A DNA stretch of 40,989 nt from Octopus bimaculoides (taxonomy: Eukaryota): the NCBI RefSeq assembly GCF_001194135.2, contig NC_068991.1, forward strand, positions 39,097,134 through 39,138,122. Direction: 5' to 3'. Under the pieces are notes generated by a model, which was not told where the DNA came from, made no database searches, and saw nothing but the letters and a program-made list of their open reading frames with translations. Each line of letters starts with the position of its first letter. The first letter of the stretch is position 1. Made by a program: the position numbers and the translations under genes. Shown piece by piece: positions 35,928 through 40,989 of the stretch.

Positions 35928-36278
35928 CAGGATACATAAGGTCATTGCTGTATTTTTTACTAACTCTGTATAATCTTTGTTTCAGAAAATAATAATGCTA
36001 GACCCTCAGCTTACTCAAGAAATGAAGAGGCATGCTGTTATTGTGGTTATAAAGGCTGAGCATAGTAATTCAGAAATATCTCGAGTTTTATAAGTTGCCA
36101 GGTCTTTCGTCTACAAAGTTTGTAAGGAGCTATAGAAATGTATCACCGGTATCAAAACACAAAAAGCATTCTAAATGCTCTGAAATCATCAGAACATCTG
36201 AATTTATCCAGCAAGTTCAACAGACCATTGATTACAATCCCAGAAAGCCCATGAGGTGAATTGCAAAAGATCTCCATG
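35928..36278 (+). mobile_element. Tc1/mariner 5' end with transposase N-terminal pseudogene
   Basis: TA|CAGG start; ATG 35995 MLDPQLTQEMKRHAVIVVIKAEHSNSEISRVL*VARSFVYKV, then frameshifted KHKKHS..IIRTSEFIQQVQQTID.NPRKPMR*IAKDLHV (HTH region, maT/DD37D-like from memory). Confidence 0.8.
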
Positions 36279-36490
36279 TGTGTGTTTATGTGTCTGTATT
36301 TATCCTCCCACCATTGTTTGACAACTGATGCTGGTGTGTTTACATCCCAATAACTTAGTGGTTCGGCAAAAGAGACCACTAGAATGAGTACTAGGCTTAC
36401 AAAGAATAGGTCCTGGGGGTCAATTTGTTCAACTAAAAGTGGTGCTCCAGCATGGCCGCAGTCAAATGACTGAAACAAGTAAAAAAAAAA
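36278..36490 (+). mobile_element. SINE family A 3' half
   Basis: (TG) remnant, then TTGACAACTGATGCTGGTG...CCAGCATGGCCGCAGTCAAATGACTGAAACAAGTAAAA. Confidence 0.85.
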
Positions 36491-37727
36491 TTAATAAATA
36501 AAAGAAATATATACATTGTCAGTGGATCATATATCCGAAAAAGAAGCACACTCTAAAAGTTAGAGCAGTAATGTATTTATATGCCCAATCATAGAATGAC
36601 CAATGGTTTCACATCCATAAAGCACTTGGCTTTATAGACAACTTGTCAGGCATATAACCTCTCTTGAAACTGGGGCTAGAAAACTGGAGTGGTCATTAGG
36701 ACATGTAATCCATCTTGACCCCTTGTAATACATATTGCCTCTTGACACCTCTGCATTGATCACTCACTCCTAGTGTAATACAAAAGTAACAATGAGCCAC
36801 AGATCAGTATCTTCATTGATACCCTTGACTATCACCTTTGTTATTCCCTGCCCTAGATACTGGGGTAGAAATGTATGGATGGGTGTGTGCCTCACTATTC
36901 CAGCCTGTCTTTTGGCTGTGTTCTCTGTTCTAAACAACACAGTGTACAGTTCTATAAGCCTTATCACACACATTGAAGGAAATTTCACGCACTATATACT
37001 GTAAAGCTTTTGCTTGTTGCTGATTTGCAAGTAATTGGAATCTTTTGTGATTCTTTAAAAGACACAGGTATATTAATTTTACACTTTGCCCATTATTGTA
37101 TGTACTCTTCAAGCAGAGAGACTGTTTCTTTTGACATAATGTTCTGAAATAACCCTGTTCTTTGAGGCAATTTCTGATATCTGAATCATCCTTCTGGGTG
37201 AGCCACACAGGTAAATGTAATCCATCTGTAATGTTCTTAATGTTTTGGTTTGACACTGTGAATTTGTTGTATGCAATTGTTAATAAAAGAGACACTGGCT
37301 TGTTTGCGTTAGCAATTCTCTCAGTGGAACTGCCATTACTATTCTATTTTTTACTTCTGTAATGTGTGTCTTTGTGAAAAATGTTTTCTTGTTCTTCTTT
37401 GTGTATTTTGTATGCATGACAGTCTCAGTTTTGAATTGTTTTTTCCTTTGAAGAATGTGGTTTGAAAATTTTGAAATTATATCTATATGTAGACAGTGTG
37501 AAAAAAAATTGGTCTAAAAACAGAAAATAACAAGACTTTTTTTTTTTTCTAAATTTTTCTGTCAATTCCATGAGGTAGACTCCAAGTTTTCTAAAACTGT
37601 TTCTAAGTAAAGAAGTTTAATAAGTTAGAAACAAAGTTATCAAATAAACAAAGTAAGATGAGCAGCTTGAAAACAGTCTCATTAAGTCAGCAAATAATAA
37701 TAATAATAATAATAATAATAGTAATAA

Positions 37728-38485
37728 CCCAACATGTCGTGTATGTAAACAACAAAATAAAACCATTGACCATGTTGTCTCCATGTGCAGTCTTCTTGTG
37801 CCTACAGAGTATCTCAACAAGCATGATAGAACAGCACAGTACATTCACTGGGTAATTTGCAAAAAGCTGGATTTGCTCCATGATAAAAACTGGTGGGAGC
37901 ACAAACCACCTCCAGTGCTTGAAAATGATCACATCTCACTTCTCTGGAATTTCAGCTTTCAAACTGACAGGAAAATAGATGCGAATAGGCCAGACATCAT
38001 ATTGAAGGGCTTAAAACAAAAATTATGCCTCCTCATTGATATGACTGTACCAATCGATATAAATGTATCGGTCAAGACCTACCAAAAACTGAGCAAGTAT
38101 AAAGATCTTGAAATAGAAACTGGCAAAATGTGGAACCTCAAGGCTAAAACAATACCTGTTGTCATAGGAGCCCTAGGAATGATAGCAAAAGGGGCTGATC
38201 CCTACCTAGCTCAGATACCAGGAAATGCCAAAATGGCAGAAATTCAAAAGATAGTGCTCATCAGAACTGCTCATATCCTACATATAATACTGTCTCTGTA
38301 ATCTCAAATTTTAAAACAAACTTATAATTTTCTTATGTTTTCTTAAACATTCTCTAGAACATTACTAATGTGCAAAACCAAATACATGATACCCTAGACA
38401 TAACACCAACTTGAACTTCTAACTTGCTGTCTCTTGAGGTCTCTTGGAGTAAAGTTGCACAAATACAAAGCAAAAGTGAAACATA
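37728..38485 (+). mobile_element. R4/Dong-type REL LINE 3' fragment (subfamily 3)
   Basis: CRVC...TIDHVVSMC zinc knuckle; RPDIIL...LLIDMTVP REL nuclease motif; preceded by (TAA)n 37693-37727 and followed by TAA/TGA tail. Confidence 0.92.
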
Positions 38486-38493
38486 TAATAATA

Positions 38494-38535
<42 letters not shown>

Positions 38536-38544
38536 GTGATGATG

Positions 38545-40390
38545 ATAAACACTGAACTCAATGTTAAAAGTATGATAACAGGGACAACACTTTAGTTATA
38601 CCAGTCATAAATTACAGCTTCAACATAATAAACTGGAAGAGCAGTGAATTGAGAAACTTAGATAGAAAAAACCCAGAAAACTATTAACAGCATATCGAAA
38701 TCACCACCCCAAAGCAGACAGACAGAATATATCTACCCACTCAGAAGGAAGCCTTGGCCTGACACAGATAGAGAACTACTATAAAATAACAACAGCTGGT
38801 CTAAAAAAAGTACTTAGAAACAAAAAGTGGAAGGATGCTACATGTAATAAAGCAACACAAGAAAAAGAAAACACTTTTCTCTATACACAAGGTGACAAAA
38901 CACAAAGCAGAAACAAACTACACTGATACTCTGATCTCAGATGACAACATAACAGAAATGGTCAAAGAGACAAAAAAAACAGCTTGAAAACAGAACTACA
39001 AAACATACTAAAGAAGAAATGGAGAGAAAAATCACTCCATTGCCAATACCCTGCAAGGCTTGACAGAGAAGAAGTGAGCCTAAGTAAAAATCAACAACGG
39101 CTCAAAAGATCTTGATTCATTGTTGGTAAATATTGTTTCTGTACTTATGTGAGAATTCATTGTTGTCACTATTATTCATGGTAGTTAAGGCAACAATCTG
39201 GCAGAATTGTTAGCATGCTGGATAAAATGCTTAGTAGCATTTCTTTTGGGTTTTATGCTCTCGAGTTCAAATACTGCTGAAGTCAACTTCATCTGTCATC
39301 ATTTTGGGAGTGATAAAATAAGTATCAGCCAAGTACGGGCATTGATAATCCACTAATCCACTAATCCACTTTCCCCAAAATTTCAGTCTTTGTACTCATA
39401 ATAGAAAGAATTATTCAAGAAGTTGGATTGACAGAATTGTTATGGACAAAACGTCCAACAGCATTTGTTCTGGTTCTTTACATTCTGAGTTCAAATCTTG
39501 CTATGGTCACTTTGGTTTTCATCTTTTGGTATCAATAAAATAAAGTACCTGATAAGTACTATGGGCAATGTAGGACTGATTCTTGCTGCACAAGACCAAT
39601 GCCTGACTACAAACAACTATAAAAGCAAAATAATGAAAACAAGCCCAAACACCAAATGCAGAATGTGCAACCAGCACAATGAGACAATTGACCACATTAT
39701 CTTTGACTGTACAGTCCTTGCCGAATCTGAATATATATATACAGACATGATCGAGTAAGCAATTGTATCCACTGGACAATATGCCAACACTACAACATAA
39801 AAGCTGACAATAAACATGTACCAAACAAGGTACATGACAACGACCAGGCAACAATCATCTGGGATATGTCTGTTCAAACTGACAAAGAAATCAAAGCTAA
39901 TTACCCAGATATGATAATCAATGATTGGAAAAATCACCTGCTTACTGATAGGCATTGCAGTCTCTTCTCGCCAAAATATTGCCCAAAAGAAGTGAAATTG
40001 TCAAAATACAAAGACCTTGAAATTGAAATATTCAAGATGTGGAGCATGAAGGTGAAAACAATATCAATAATAATGGGAGCACTGGGCATGATAAAAGAGT
40101 ATATGAACAAAAACGTTATACCTGGACCCTCAACACTACACACTATCCAAAAAATAGCCCTACTAGGAACAGTCCACATGCTACACAAGACACTACCAAT
40201 TCAAAGATATAACCCAAACAAAACAATCTACAAACAGGACACATTCTATTGCAAATATACAATAAAACAAACAACCACCAGCTGGCTAAATAACCAACAC
40301 ATTACACACACAACACATGATACAAACAAAAGACTGCACTAGACACTATAACATAGGAAACTGGAGTCCATTTGATTCCAGGATTGTAAA
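38545..40390 (+). mobile_element. Longer decayed R4/Dong LINE (post-RT domain, zinc knuckle, REL), split by two SINEs
   Basis: INTELN...PVINYSFNIINW..ELRNLDRK...HHPKAD; WREKSLHCQYP; GLILAAQDQ...CRMC...TIDHII..C; IIWDMSVQTD...YPDMII; KLSKYKDLEIE. Confidence 0.9.
39187..39572 (+). mobile_element. Tandem pair of SINE family B copies inside the R4 element
   Basis: Two heads (about 39187 and 39418), each with GAGTTCAAAT B box; TAATCCAC x3 micro-duplication in the first. Confidence 0.8.
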
Positions 40391-40416
40391 GAAAGAGGAA
40401 GAAAAAAAGAAAAAAA

Positions 40417-40989
40417 ATAGACAACACATCAGAAAGTGATAAGTGCAGAATTTATGGAGAAAATGGTGAAACCGTATGGCATATTATCAGTCAATGTACA
40501 CCACTAGCCCAGAAAGAATATAAGAGACATTATGACAAGATAGCAAGGATTGTCCATTGGACACTTTGCAACAAGTATGGACTTGACAGGGCAAAAAAGT
40601 GGTATGAACATAAACCCAGAAGCATCATCGAAAATGATAATGCAAAGATCCTATGGGATTTTATGATTCAGTGGGACCATGTGATAGAGAATAGGAAACC
40701 TGACATAGTGTTAATTGAGAAAGAAAGCAAACAATGCTGGATCATAGATATAACATGCCCAGCTGGCAACAAGGTATGTGATAAGGAAGATAGATATGAC
40801 AGGTTAGCTTGGGAGGTTAAACAGTTGTGGTTGATGAAAAAGCTGGTGGTAGTACCAATAAATGTCGGAGCGTTGGGAACAGTGAATAAAAATCTTGAGA
40901 AATACATGGAACAAATAGGGGCTGCAATAAGGGTGGAGCACTTGCAGAAAACAGCACTGCTTGGAACCACTCGAATAGTCAGGATGGTG
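40417..40989 (+). mobile_element. R4/Dong REL LINE fragment (subfamily 2-like), open frame running off the window
   Basis: 191 uninterrupted codons: CRIYGENGETVWHIISQC...KILWDFMIQWDHVIENRKPDIVLI...IIDITCP...VGALG...LQKTALLGTTRIVRMV. Confidence 0.9.

Overview
AT-rich, microsatellite- and transposon-dense animal genomic DNA with four assembly gaps (5220-5280, 18842-19390, 20176-20702, 23295-23447). The repeat families and the density of simple repeats resemble what I recall of octopod (Octopus) genomes; this is an inference I cannot verify here. No intact cellular gene, rRNA, tRNA or CRISPR array is supported. Recognisable coding sequence is transposon-derived: a two-LTR Gypsy element with a decayed pol (12566-17054), a second deleted Gypsy (gag plus RT, 32622-34187), about seven 3' fragments of R4/Dong-type restriction-like-endonuclease (REL) LINEs, most sitting in (TAA)n tracts, RTE and CR1/L2-type LINE fragments, and Tc1/mariner remnants. 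Three tRNA-derived SINE families and several MITEs are also present. The most notable structure is a nested ecosystem built on triplet tails: SINE (ATT)n tails appear to supply target sites for TAA-specific R4/Dong LINEs, which then stack into arrays (29455-31521, 37693-40989). A few short minus-strand exon candidates suggest the window may be intronic to an unidentified host gene (low confidence). Most ORFs in the supplied track are microsatellite, gap or antisense artefacts. Repeat boundaries are read by eye and are approximate unless a TSD or terminal repeat fixes them.
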